Assembly (NCBI RefSeq): GCF_000025685.1
Contig: NC_013967.1
Location: 390,001 to 422,000 of the forward strand
Source of the DNA: Haloferax volcanii DS2
Lineage (GTDB): Archaea > Halobacteriota > Halobacteria > Halobacteriales > Haloferacaceae
Direction: 5' to 3'
DNA length: 32,000 nucleotides
Position 1 is the first letter of the stretch; each line of letters starts with the position of its first letter. The notes under the pieces are model-generated. The model did not search any database. It was not told where the DNA came from and saw only the letters and a program-made list of their open reading frames with translations. Below, piece by piece: positions 1 to 8,597 of this stretch. The position numbers and the translations under genes were made by a program.

Positions 1-4
1 CGGC

Positions 5-40
5 GTCGTCGTCGCGGTCGCGGTCGCGGTCGCGGTCGTG
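5..40. repeat. Hexanucleotide microsatellite: (GTCGCG)x4 at 11-34, flanked by GTC triplets and a GTCGTG variant
   Basis: Read directly from the sequence. It lies downstream of the hisE stop (51-53). I found no frame on either strand with a usable start or stop that would make it coding inside the window. Confidence 0.7.
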
Positions 41-50
41 GGACCCCGTC

Positions 51-353
51 TCAGAAGCGGGCTTTCAGTTCGTCGCGCAGGTCGTCGAGCGAGGCGTCTT
101 TCATCGACAGCAGGACGAGCAGGTGGTAGACGAGGTCGGCGCTCTCGTAGAGCAGTTCCTCGCCGTCGTCGTCCTTGGCCGCGAGGATGGTCTCCGTCGT
201 CTCCTCGCCGAGCTTTTCGAGGACGTAGTTCTCGCCTTTCTCGTGGGTGAAAAGCGTCGTCGTGTAGGAGTCTTCGGGGAGGTCGGCTTTGCGCGACTCG
301 ATGGTCGCAAAGAGTTCGTCCAAGACCTCGTCGGTCGGGGTGTCGGCGTCCAT
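51..353 (-). CDS. hisE: phosphoribosyl-ATP pyrophosphohydrolase (HisE)
   Basis: 100-aa ORF with ATG at 351-353. The translation has the typical HisE/MazG-like helical pattern (EKLGEETTETILAAKD ... ADLVYHLLVLL). Third codon positions are GC-rich. Confidence 0.85.
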   Translation of the reverse strand: MDADTPTDEVLDELFATIESRKADLPEDSYTTTLFTHEKGENYVLEKLGEETTETILAAKDDDGEELLYESADLVYHLLVLLSMKDASLDDLRDELKARF

Positions 354-431
354 GGTCGCACGACGGGCGGGCGCGGAAAAAGACCCTCTGGTTCCGGCGA
401 GCGGCCGTCACTCAGCCAGTTAGCCGGCCGC

Positions 432-1040
432 TCAGGCGTCGATTTCGACCGCCAGTTCGTCGAAGAACGCGAGGTCGTGGAGGCGGCTGTCGGGCGTCAA
501 CTCGGGGTGGAACGACGTGCCGACGACGGGGCCGTCGCGGACGGCGACGGGGTTGCCGTCCCACTCGGCGAGCACCTCGACGCCCTCACCGACCTCGTCG
601 ATGAGGGGCGCGCGGATGAACACCGCGGGGAACGGCGAGTCGAGGCCGGCCACGTCCAGCGGGGCCTCGAAGCTGTCGACCTGCCGGCCGAAGGCGTTGC
701 GGTCGACCGTCGCGTCGAGGAGGTCGAGCGTCGTCACGCGGTCGTCCTTGGCGTCGCGGGAGGCGACGATGAGGCCGGCACAAGTGGCGAGGACGGGCTT
801 TTCAGCCTCGACGTGGGCGCGAATCTCGTCGGCGATGCCCTCGCGTTCGAGGAGTCTGGAGATGGTTGTCGACTCCCCGCCCGGCATGAGTAACACGTCG
901 CAGTCGGGGACGAGGCCGTCGCTTCGAATCTCGACGATTTCGGCGTCGACGCCGTGGGCCTCGGCGGCCCGCTCGACGGCGTCGGCGTGTTCGGACACGT
1001 CGCCTTGCACGGCGACGACACCGGCGCGTAGCGTGGTCAT
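432..1040 (-). CDS. pdxT: pyridoxal 5'-phosphate synthase glutaminase subunit (PdxT)
   Basis: Class-I glutamine amidotransferase motifs are present (LLMPGGESTT, ATCAGLI, GTSFHPE). The track start at 1067 is a TTG. I prefer the ATG at 1038-1040 (MTTLRAGVVAVQGD) because a T-rich box sits about 29 nt upstream of it. Confidence 0.85.
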   Translation of the reverse strand: MTTLRAGVVAVQGDVSEHADAVERAAEAHGVDAEIVEIRSDGLVPDCDVLLMPGGESTTISRLLEREGIADEIRAHVEAEKPVLATCAGLIVASRDAKDDRVTTLDLLDATVDRNAFGRQVDSFEAPLDVAGLDSPFPAVFIRAPLIDEVGEGVEVLAEWDGNPVAVRDGPVVGTSFHPELTPDSRLHDLAFFDELAVEIDA

Positions 1041-1063
1041 AGACGGGTCTCGGGAAGCCGTGG

Positions 1064-1071
1064 ACAAAAAG
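1064..1071 (-). promoter_or_regulatory. TATA-like box (minus strand CTTTTTGT) for pdxT
   Basis: A/T-rich octamer centred about 29 nt upstream of the ATG at 1040. The spacing is typical of haloarchaeal leaderless genes. Confidence 0.4.
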
Positions 1072-1095
1072 CGTCCGTTCAGCGGTCGGCGCGGT

Positions 1096-1260
1096 TCAGA
1101 ACGCGAGCGAGTTCAGTACCAGCACGCCGATGCCGAACAGCGCCCCCGCGGCGAAGATGGTCTTGGGGTTGACTCGAATCGCGTTGCGGTCCTCCGCGTC
1201 GAAGTAGCGGACGAGGCCCGCACTCGACATCAGACCGCCGCTGTTCTGGCCCTTGCTCAT
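1096..1260 (-). CDS. secG: preprotein translocase subunit Sec61-beta (archaeal SecG)
   Basis: Internal ATG at 1258-1260 of the 128-aa track ORF gives a 54-aa protein, [54 protein letters not shown]. This has the Sec61-beta signature with a C-terminal TM anchor. The upstream extension is Arg/Pro-rich junk. Confidence 0.8.
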   Translation of the reverse strand: MSKGQNSGGLMSSAGLVRYFDAEDRNAIRVNPKTIFAAGALFGIGVLVLNSLAF

Positions 1261-1498
1261 GTTCCACCGTCCGTGCGTCCGCCGCCTAAACGTTTCGGCT
1301 CGCTCCGGTCCCGGGGGTCGCCCGGCCGGAACGCCTCCCGACTTGCCGGCGAATCCGCTCGGATTGCGAGTCGGCTGACGGCCCCCTCGACGCTCAGAAG
1401 GCTGGAATTCGACTGAACTGGACGGGCGCACAACCGGAGAGCCGCGGGCCCATGAGTAATCCTTATGCGCCGGGGCGGGCAAGTTGCGCCGGGATACG

Positions 1499-1768
1499 AT
1501 GACTGTTCGACTCTTGGACTTCTACGCGGACTGGTGCGGCCCTTGTAAGACGCAGGACCCGATTCTCGACGAGCTCGAAGGCGACTACGAGACCGTCGAG
1601 TTCGTCAAGGTCGACGTCGACGAGGAGCAGGACGTGGCCAACCAGTATCAGGTTCGCTCGCTTCCGACGCTCATCGTCGAGAACGACGACGACGGCATCG
1701 TCGACCGCTTCGTGGGCGTCACCCAGCGCGACGACATCGAGTCGGCGCTGAGCCAGGCCGGCGCGTAA
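1499..1768 (+). CDS. trxA: thioredoxin
   Basis: WCGPC active site and thioredoxin fold length. ATG at 1499 ([17 protein letters not shown]) is preferred over the GTG-type start at 1484. Confidence 0.85.
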   Translation: MTVRLLDFYADWCGPCKTQDPILDELEGDYETVEFVKVDVDEEQDVANQYQVRSLPTLIVENDDDGIVDRFVGVTQRDDIESALSQAGA

Positions 1769-1852
1769 GCGCGCCGCGGACCGCCGCGTTTTCCGACCCA
1801 TCCGGACGAACGCCGAGCGCGCCGCGAGCGCCGGCGGTGTGTCTCGCAAGCG

Positions 1853-1858
1853 TTATAC
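1853..1858 (+). promoter_or_regulatory. TATA box (TTATAC) for the L40e gene
   Basis: Centred about 27 nt upstream of the ATG at 1882. Confidence 0.45.
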
Positions 1859-1881
1859 GACCGGCGGCGGGACTCGTATGC

Positions 1882-2028
1882 ATGGCTAGTGACGCTGCGA
1901 CGAAGCGGACGCTCGAGAAGCAGATTTGCATGCGGTGCAACGCGCGCAACCCCCAGAAGGCAAAGCAGTGCCGCAAGTGCGGTTACAAGCACCTTCGACC
2001 CAAGTCGAAGGAACGCCGCGCCGCGTAA
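1882..2028 (+). CDS. rpl40e: 50S ribosomal protein L40e
   Basis: 48-aa basic protein [48 protein letters not shown] with a CxxC...CxxC zinc ribbon. The start was moved from the track's 1837 to the ATG at 1882 on the basis of TATA spacing. Confidence 0.85.
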   Translation: MASDAATKRTLEKQICMRCNARNPQKAKQCRKCGYKHLRPKSKERRAA

Positions 2029-2043
2029 GCCCGCACGCTTCTC

Positions 2044-2424
2044 TCAGGCGTCTCGCCGATACAGCGCGAACAGCACCGCGAGCAGCGCGAGCTGGACGAG
2101 TTTGTCCGCGACGCCGCCGATGCCGAAGATATTCGGCCAGTTCAGCGCGACGTAGAGGACGACCTGCCCGGCGGTGAAGGGGATACCGAGCAACACCACC
2201 CGCGAGCGGCGGCGCTCGTCGCCGCGGAGGACGCCGACGATACCGGCCGCGAACCCCCCGGCGGCCCCGACGAACGCGATGCCGAGCGGGTCGGCGGGGT
2301 TCGCGGCCAGCGCGCCCGCGCCGAGGACGAGGTGAATCACGCCGGTCACGGCCGCGAGGGCGACGCCGACGTAGTGCAGTCGCGTCAGGTCGTCGCTCGG
2401 CTCCGTGACCGCGTCGGTCGCCAT
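2044..2424 (-). CDS. hypothetical integral membrane protein (about 4 TM segments)
   Basis: 126-aa ORF with several hydrophobic Gly/Ala/Val/Leu stretches and GC-rich third positions. Its ATG (2422-2424) lies 1 nt after the stop of the upstream MBL hydrolase gene, so an operon is likely. Confidence 0.6.
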   Translation of the reverse strand: MATDAVTEPSDDLTRLHYVGVALAAVTGVIHLVLGAGALAANPADPLGIAFVGAAGGFAAGIVGVLRGDERRRSRVVLLGIPFTAGQVVLYVALNWPNIFGIGGVADKLVQLALLAVLFALYRRDA

Positions 2425-2425
2425 C

Positions 2426-3052
2426 TCAGGCCTCCGGGTACTTCGGCTCGCGCCGCTCCGCGCGTTCGATTGCGCGTTCGAGCGCGTCGCGGACGGTGTC
2501 GCCGCCGGCCTCGTTCTCGAAGGGGTCGCCGTGGCCGGCGTACAGCGCCTCGACGGTCGAGGGAAGGCGGTCGAGGAGCGTGTGCAGGCTGCTGATGAGG
2601 CGCTCGCGGGACTGCCCCGGCATGTCGGTGCGGCCGAAACTGCCGTCGTCGAACGCGCCGTCGTTGTAGACGAACACGTCGCCCGAAAACAACGACCGCC
2701 CGCTCACGAGCGAGACGTGGTCGTCGGCGTGGCCCGGCGTGTAGACCACTTCGAACGACTCGTCGCCCATCTCGACGTGGTCGCCGTCTCCGAGCTCGTG
2801 GGTCCGAAGCGGGTGGTCGGCGTAGGCGTACACGTCGGGGTCGAACCGCTCGACCACCGCGCCGAGTTCGCCGACGTGGTCGGAGTGCTGGTGGGTGACG
2901 ACCACGGCGTCGAGGTCGTCGGTGTGTTCTGCGACGACGTCTTCGACGCCCGACATCGTCCCGGCGTCGACGAGGACGGTTCGCTCGCCGAGGACGAGGT
3001 AGGCGTTGCAGGTGAAGGTCTCGGCGTCGGCGGTGACTGGGATGACTTCCAT
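2426..3052 (-). CDS. MBL-fold metallo-hydrolase (glyoxalase II-like)
   Basis: HxHxDH motif (THQHSDHVG) plus downstream TPGH and GH metal ligands. ATG at 3050-3052 (MEVIPVTADAETFTCNAYLV). The 119-aa upstream extension in the track ORF overlaps the opposite-strand small gene and looks non-coding. Confidence 0.8.
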   Translation of the reverse strand: MEVIPVTADAETFTCNAYLVLGERTVLVDAGTMSGVEDVVAEHTDDLDAVVVTHQHSDHVGELGAVVERFDPDVYAYADHPLRTHELGDGDHVEMGDESFEVVYTPGHADDHVSLVSGRSLFSGDVFVYNDGAFDDGSFGRTDMPGQSRERLISSLHTLLDRLPSTVEALYAGHGDPFENEAGGDTVRDALERAIERAERREPKYPEA

Positions 3053-3181
3053 ACCGCCGCGTACGCGCTCGACCGGAAAAAGTCGGGCGGGTGCGGCGCC
3101 ACCTCGCCGCGTGAATCGCCTCCGAACGTCGGGCTCACGCGACAAATCCTTTTTGGGGCTCGGTCGTGTACGTATGTCTGT

Positions 3182-3352
3182 ATGGGATTTGGGAGCTACG
3201 ACGAGTCCGAACAAGGAGACCAGAACGTCGACTTCGACGAGGAAGACGGCGTCACGACGAGTGAGGAGAAACACGAGGGCGAGGTCGATTTCGAAATCGG
3301 CGCGTCCAACGACGAACTCCTCGACCGGCTCCAGGAGATTAAAGACGAGTGA
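3182..3352 (+). CDS. conserved haloarchaeal small acidic protein (resembles the DUF5786 family, from memory)
   Basis: 56 aa: MGFGSYDESEQGDQNVDFDEEDGVTTSEEKHEGEVDFEIGASNDELLDRLQEIKDE. It is the C-terminal part of a longer spurious track ORF. Its TGA stop overlaps the GTG start of the next gene. Confidence 0.6.
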   Translation: MGFGSYDESEQGDQNVDFDEEDGVTTSEEKHEGEVDFEIGASNDELLDRLQEIKDE

Positions 3353-3960
3353 AGTCGGGGTCTCGCGCCCTCGGGGTCGCGGAATCCTCCCCCGGGGCGG
3401 CGCGCGCACCCACAGACGACGCTGACGACGCTCATTTTTCCACAGACCCGTCTCCGGAGAGCGTCCTCTGCGGCGCGGTCGTCCGCGCCGACCGGGTCGT
3501 CGACGGCCTCGCCTTCGAGACGTGCGCCGTCGGCGGCGACGACGCGACCGACGCCATCGCCTCGTTGTACGACTCCCTCGACCGCGAGGACGTACGCTAC
3601 CTGCTCGTCTCCGGCATCGCTCCGGCGTGGTTCAACCTCGTCGACATCGACCGCCTCGCCGCGGCCCTCGACCGCCCGGTCCTTTCAGTCTCTTTCGAGG
3701 AGAGCGAGGGGCTCGAACCCGCGCTCACCGAGCAGTTCTCGGGCGCGGCGCTCGACCGACGACTCGCCACGTATCGCGCAGCTCCGCCCCGCCGACCCGT
3801 CGAGGTGAACGGGGAGACGGTGTTCGTCCGGGCCGCCGGCTGCGACGGCGACGAGGCCGCGCAAGTCGTCCGCGGCTTTACCCCGACCGGCGGCCGCCCC
3901 GAGCCGATTCGCGTGGCCCGGATGGCGGCCCGCGCCGCGCGACGCTTCGCCGGGGATTAA
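3349..3960 (+). CDS. DUF99/UPF0215 family protein (family labelled 'endonuclease dU' in some annotations)
   Basis: 203 aa. The N-terminus MKSGSRALGVAES matches the family's usual start, and there is a central LLVSGIAPAWFNLVDI segment. The GTG start at 3349 overlaps the preceding stop as GTGA. Confidence 0.7.
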   Translation: MKSGSRALGVAESSPGAARAPTDDADDAHFSTDPSPESVLCGAVVRADRVVDGLAFETCAVGGDDATDAIASLYDSLDREDVRYLLVSGIAPAWFNLVDIDRLAAALDRPVLSVSFEESEGLEPALTEQFSGAALDRRLATYRAAPPRRPVEVNGETVFVRAAGCDGDEAAQVVRGFTPTGGRPEPIRVARMAARAARRFAGD

Positions 3961-3984
3961 GCCGTCCCCGCCCTCGAACGGAGT

Positions 3985-4581
3985 ATGGAACACATGGAGG
4001 GCCTCTGCGTGACGGGCTGTGAGCGATGCCCCGAACTCGTCGACTCGCGGAGTCGCATCGTCAACGGGGTCGGCCCCGACGACGCCGACCTGCTCTTCCT
4101 CGGTGAAGCGCCGGGCGCGAAGGAAGACGAGGGCGGCGAGCCGTTCGTGGGTCGCTCCGGCTCCGTGTTGGACGACGCGCTCCGCGAGGCCGGCCTCGCC
4201 CGCGCCGACGTTCGCATCACCAACTGCGTGCGGTGCCGCCCGCCGGACAACCGCGACCCGACGAGCGACGAACTGTCGAACTGCCGGGGCTACCTCGCCC
4301 GCGAACTCGAACTCGTCGACCCCGAACTCGTCGTCACGCTCGGAAAGGTGCCCTCCCAGCACCTGCTCGACCGCGGTGTCGCCATCACGAACGAGTCCGG
4401 GTCGGTCGTGGACGCCCGAGTCGGGGACGCCTCTTACCGCGTCCTCCTCTCCGTCCACCCCGCGGCGACGCTGTACGACCGGAGCCAACGCGAGGGCTTC
4501 TTCGAGACCATCGCGCGCGCCGCCGACCTCTCGGGGCTCGCGGACTCCGCGGACGGACAGGCCAGTCTCGGTGACTTCTGA
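3985..4581 (+). CDS. udg: uracil-DNA glycosylase, family 4 (Fe-S type)
   Basis: Family-4 motif GEAPGAKEDEGGEPFVGRSG, Cys ligands (CERC ... NCVRCRPP ... C) and a late HPAA motif. Confidence 0.85.
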   Translation: MEHMEGLCVTGCERCPELVDSRSRIVNGVGPDDADLLFLGEAPGAKEDEGGEPFVGRSGSVLDDALREAGLARADVRITNCVRCRPPDNRDPTSDELSNCRGYLARELELVDPELVVTLGKVPSQHLLDRGVAITNESGSVVDARVGDASYRVLLSVHPAATLYDRSQREGFFETIARAADLSGLADSADGQASLGDF

Positions 4582-4718
4582 GCGCGGCGCGGGCGGCCGG
4601 CGAAGAGGCGAGACGCGACCTCGTGGTGGCAGTCGGCGGCGACGACATGGGCGACGCTGTGAGACGCGGGGGAGCGATAAAAACCGAACCGCGGGTGCGT
4701 CACCGAGCGGGCGGACGC

Positions 4719-5684
4719 CTACTCCCAGATGGAGCGGGCCATCCGCTGCGGGAACTCGACGATGAGTTTGAGCAGGCTCGTCCCTTCCTCGTTGCCGCGG
4801 ATGTACGACCGGACCCGCTGGCTCACGAACTCGACGGAGACGACGAGCATGAAGATGACGAGAATCGTCGCCATCATGTTCGTGTACCGGAACAGACCGC
4901 GCTGGGTCTGAAGCACCTGTCCGAGGCCGCCGCCGCCGATGAGTCCCATCGTGACGCCGATGCGGACGTTGATTTCGAGGATGTACATCGTCCACGCGAT
5001 GAAGGGCGTAAAGACCTGCGAGAGCATCCCGAAGACGACCTTCTGGGGGCTGTTCGCGCCGGTCGACTCGATGGCCTCTATCGGTCCGTCCTCGACTTCT
5101 TCGAGGGCGTCCGTGAACAGGCGACCGAGGTTCCCCATCGTGTCGGTGCCGATGGCGAGCGTCGCCGTGAACGGCGAGACGCCGCCGAGGGGGATGTAGA
5201 TGAGCGCCCACACCAGCGCCGGGATGGCGCGGATGACGCTCATCGTCCCGCGGAAGATGAAGTTGAAAGGGTACGGCGTCACGCGCTCGGAGCCGAGCAC
5301 CCCGAGGATGAGCGCGCCGGGGATGCCGAGGACGGTCCCGACGAACCCCATCGCGAACGTGACGAACACCGCGCCGAGAACGGGGTTCCCGTCCTGGAAC
5401 TGGAGGAGGAGGTTCCGTTCTTGGATGAACGCCCAGTACTGGCTGACGTCGACGAAGGGGATGACGCCGAACAGCGTCCCCGGCGGGAAGAAGTCGCCCA
5501 GCGCGTCGGTGAACTCCGGCCAGTACTCGACGATTTCACCGATGGAAAAGCCGACCTCGCTCAGCGCGTTCGTGAAGAACCACGCGAAGAGGACGAGGAC
5601 GACGATTGAAAACAGCAGTCTGACTCGCTTTGCAATCTGGATGTTTCGCAGCGCGTCCTCGATTCGGTCGGTATCAGTACTCAT
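4719..5684 (-). CDS. phnE: phosphonate ABC transporter permease (PhnE)
   Basis: 321-aa polytopic membrane protein with the ABC permease EAA-like loop (EAIESTGANSPQKVVFGMLSQV). Its start overlaps the phnC stop by 11 nt in the same orientation. Confidence 0.85.
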   Translation of the reverse strand: MSTDTDRIEDALRNIQIAKRVRLLFSIVVLVLFAWFFTNALSEVGFSIGEIVEYWPEFTDALGDFFPPGTLFGVIPFVDVSQYWAFIQERNLLLQFQDGNPVLGAVFVTFAMGFVGTVLGIPGALILGVLGSERVTPYPFNFIFRGTMSVIRAIPALVWALIYIPLGGVSPFTATLAIGTDTMGNLGRLFTDALEEVEDGPIEAIESTGANSPQKVVFGMLSQVFTPFIAWTMYILEINVRIGVTMGLIGGGGLGQVLQTQRGLFRYTNMMATILVIFMLVVSVEFVSQRVRSYIRGNEEGTSLLKLIVEFPQRMARSIWE

Positions 5685-6477
5685 GTGACCTCGCTCCGCT
5701 TGTGGCGGCCGCGTTGTTTTCGGGCGGCTCGTCGGCCTGTTCTTCGCGGATGGCCTTCGTCTCGATGTCGCCGTAGATGCGGTCGATGACGTCGACGTCG
5801 AAGTCCTCGCGGTAGCCGTCGAAGACGATTTGTCCGTCTTTCATTCCGATGAACCGTTCGCCGAACTCGCGGGCGATGTTGACCTGATGGAGGCTCGCGA
5901 TGGTGGTCAAGTCGCGCTCGTCGGCCGCGTCGCGGATGTACCGCATCACCGTCTCCGCGCTCGCGGGGTCGAGGCTCGCGACGGGTTCGTCCGCGAGCAG
6001 GAGGTTCGGGTTCTGGACCAGCGCGCGGGCGATGCCGACGCGCTGTTGCTGCCCGCCGCTCATCTTCCCGGCGCGCTGGTTGGCCTCGTCGAGCAGTCCG
6101 ACGGTTTCGAGCGCGCGGAGCGCCTCCTGCTTGTCGTCGCCGTCGTACAGGCCGAGCAGGCTGCCGAGGAACGATGTCCGGCCGAGCGCCCCGGTGAGCG
6201 CGTTGCTGTACGCGCTCATCTGCCCGAGGATGTAGTGTTGCTGAAATATCATTGCCACGTCGTTTCGAGGCCCCATCACGTTCGCGTCGTCGATGGTAAT
6301 CGACCCGCTCGTCGGGCGAGTGATTCCGTTGAGACAGCGGAGGAGGGTCGACTTCCCCGCCCCCGATTGCCCGAGGACGACGACGAACTCGCCGTCCGGG
6401 ATAGTAAACGAGACGTCGTCGAGGGCCGTGACATCTCCGTAGGATTTGCTGAGGTTCGTTACTTCAATCGTACTCAT
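5674..6477 (-). CDS. phnC: phosphonate ABC transporter ATP-binding protein (PhnC)
   Basis: Walker A GQSGAGKST, signature MSGGQQQR, Walker B LLLADEP. ATG at 6475-6477 (MSTIEVTNLSKSYGD). The 109-aa upstream extension in the track is Arg-rich and non-coding. Confidence 0.9.
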   Translation of the reverse strand: MSTIEVTNLSKSYGDVTALDDVSFTIPDGEFVVVLGQSGAGKSTLLRCLNGITRPTSGSITIDDANVMGPRNDVAMIFQQHYILGQMSAYSNALTGALGRTSFLGSLLGLYDGDDKQEALRALETVGLLDEANQRAGKMSGGQQQRVGIARALVQNPNLLLADEPVASLDPASAETVMRYIRDAADERDLTTIASLHQVNIAREFGERFIGMKDGQIVFDGYREDFDVDVIDRIYGDIETKAIREEQADEPPENNAAATSGARSHEY

Positions 6478-6572
6478 TATCGTGTCTGTCGCGTCGCGTA
6501 GTTCGCGTGCGGTCGAACCGTTCGTCGGGTTGCGACCGCACGGTAGGGAATCAAAACCGCGGAGTCTCGCTC

Positions 6573-7619
6573 TTACTGTCCGAGCGTGACGCCGAGCTCG
6601 TCGAGGACTTCCTGAACGGGCGCGTAGTCGTCGACGGACCCTTGGTCGACCCCGGTAAACCAGAGCTGTTGGTCGTCTTCGAGGTCCTCGTTGATGAGGT
6701 CGTCTTCGGTCACGTTGAGCAGCGCCTCTTCGATGTCGTCGTACAGCCCTTGGTCCATGTCGGTGCGGCCGAGAATCGGGGCACGCGGGATGGGGTCGGA
6801 ACACGACAGCAGTTGCAGTTCGGGCGACGCCGTTCCGAGGTCGCCGTCGTTTTCGGCCGACATGTCGAGGAACTGTTCGGGGAACTGGTCTTCCGGAACG
6901 TGCGGGGCCGTCGAGAACGCGCCCGTGCCGGCGGCGACGACGTCGTCGCGGTTGATGAGCGTCTCGCGGGCCGTCGAGTGGTCGGAGAACTGCGCCTCGA
7001 AGTCAACGGGGTTGCCGTCGGGCGCGCCGCCCGTGTCGAGGCCGGCCGTGCTCAGCATGGACAGCGGGAACAGCGACCCACTCGTCGAGAGGCGGTCAGC
7101 GAACGCGACCGTCTCGCCTTCGAGGTCGGTCAGCTCTTCGATGTCGCTGTCGGGCGTCGTCGTGATGAGCGAGAAGTACCGCGAGGCCCCGTAGGCGATG
7201 CGGATGCCGATGACCTCGGTGATGCCCTCGTTCCCGCCCTGAATAGCGATTGCGGGGGCGGCGTCGGCGATGTCGGCCTGTCCGCTGTCGAGCGCCTGCA
7301 ACACCGCCGCGTAGTCGGCCGCCACGGTGGATTCGACCGTGACGCCGACCTCGGACTCGATGTAGTTGAAAAGCGGCTGATACTGCGCTTCCACGTCCAC
7401 GTCCGACTCGGCGGGCGTGAGCGCGAACATGATGGACTCCGGTGACGACTCGGTCGTAGTCGACGTCGTCGTCGCCTCGGTCTCCGAGGACGCTCCCGAC
7501 TCCGTCGTGGTCGTCGTCGCTTCCGAGCTATCGTCGCCACCCGTACATCCACTGAGCGCCGTCAACCCCGCGACGCCAGTGATTCCTGCCGTTCTGATGA
7601 ATTCTCGTCTACTCGCCAT
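6573..7619 (-). CDS. phnD: phosphonate/phosphite ABC transporter substrate-binding lipoprotein (PhnD)
   Basis: Tat-type signal (SRREFIR) followed by the lipobox LSGC, then a Thr/Ser/Glu-rich linker and a PhnD-like binding domain. It is the first gene of the phnD-phnC-phnE run. Confidence 0.85.
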   Translation of the reverse strand: MASRREFIRTAGITGVAGLTALSGCTGGDDSSEATTTTTESGASSETEATTTSTTTESSPESIMFALTPAESDVDVEAQYQPLFNYIESEVGVTVESTVAADYAAVLQALDSGQADIADAAPAIAIQGGNEGITEVIGIRIAYGASRYFSLITTTPDSDIEELTDLEGETVAFADRLSTSGSLFPLSMLSTAGLDTGGAPDGNPVDFEAQFSDHSTARETLINRDDVVAAGTGAFSTAPHVPEDQFPEQFLDMSAENDGDLGTASPELQLLSCSDPIPRAPILGRTDMDQGLYDDIEEALLNVTEDDLINEDLEDDQQLWFTGVDQGSVDDYAPVQEVLDELGVTLGQ

Positions 7620-7883
7620 TGAACTCGTCTTGTAATTCCGACACTTGTTGTTAAGATTTGCTATTTTTTCTCTATATTCGTATTGAATAGAATCGGTGTT
7701 CTCAGGTTGACGGCGCTATCGCCCCTGCAAGCCCCCGTGGAGTCTTCGAGTTCGGACTTCGGACCCCTTCACGCGACGGGTCAGAGGCGTGCGGCAGGGT
7801 CGCGCGGCCGGTCTCCGACGGCTCCCGCGCGGAGCGCTCACCCCGAGGGAAAATCACTTTGCTGTCCTCTGCGGACGTTCGGT

Positions 7884-8543
7884 ATGAGCACGACACAGCC
7901 GCCCGAAGAGACCCTCGCCGACGTGGTGATGGTCGACTACGGGCTCGGAAACCTCCGGAGCGCCATGCGCGGGCTCGAACGCGCGGGGGCGAACGTCGTC
8001 ATCTCGGACGACCCCGCCGACTTCGACGACGCCGACGGCATCGTTCTCCCCGGCGTCGGCGCGTTCTCCGAGGGGATGGAAAACGCCGGACCGTTCCGCG
8101 AACCGCTCGCCGAGGCCGCCGCCGACGGGACGCCCGTCTTCGGCATCTGTCTCGGGATGCAGATGCTGCTTACCTCCTCCGAGGAGGCCGACCACGCCGG
8201 CGAGGGCGAAGTCGAGGGGCTCGACTTCATCCCCGGCCGCAACGTCCGGTTCGACGAGGGACAGAAGGTCCCGCACATGGGCTGGAACGAACTCAACGTC
8301 CAGCGCGACCACCCGCTCGTCGAGGGCGTCGACGGCGAGTACGCCTACTTCGTCCACTCCTACTACGCCGACCCGGACGACGAGGGCGCGGTCGTCGCCT
8401 CGACCGACTACGGCGTGGCGTTCCCCGCGGTCGTCGCCAACGAGGCGGGCACCGTCTTCGGCACGCAGTTCCACCCCGAGAAGTCCGGCGAGACCGGGCT
8501 GACCATCCTCCGCAACTTCGTCGAGTTCTGCGCGGAGCGATAG
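7884..8543 (+). CDS. hisH: imidazole glycerol phosphate synthase glutaminase subunit (HisH)
   Basis: GATase motifs LPGVGAF, GICLGMQ, HSYY and FHPEKS. ATG at 7884 (MSTTQPPEETLADVVMVDYG). The track's 67-aa upstream extension runs through the A/T-rich promoter region. Confidence 0.9.
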   Translation: MSTTQPPEETLADVVMVDYGLGNLRSAMRGLERAGANVVISDDPADFDDADGIVLPGVGAFSEGMENAGPFREPLAEAAADGTPVFGICLGMQMLLTSSEEADHAGEGEVEGLDFIPGRNVRFDEGQKVPHMGWNELNVQRDHPLVEGVDGEYAYFVHSYYADPDDEGAVVASTDYGVAFPAVVANEAGTVFGTQFHPEKSGETGLTILRNFVEFCAER

Positions 8544-8597
8544 GCCGAATCTGCCTGCCCCGACGGTCTTTTGTCGCCGCTTCGTGAAGGGGTGCCC

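Noticed and set aside
5674-6804. Long N-terminal extensions in the ORF track for phnC (start 6804), the MBL hydrolase (3409), leuS (10559), hisH (7683), Sec61-beta (1482), L40e (1837) and pdxT (1067).
   Set aside because: The track takes the most upstream ATG/GTG/TTG. The extensions are Arg/Pro-rich, cross promoter-like A/T-rich DNA or overlap neighbouring genes. Internal ATGs give canonical family N-termini with a TATA box about 27-30 nt upstream.
7430-7555. A Thr/Ser/Glu-rich low-complexity stretch in PhnD.
   Set aside because: It is a typical flexible linker following the lipobox of haloarchaeal substrate-binding lipoproteins, and a likely O-glycosylation region. It is not a separate feature.
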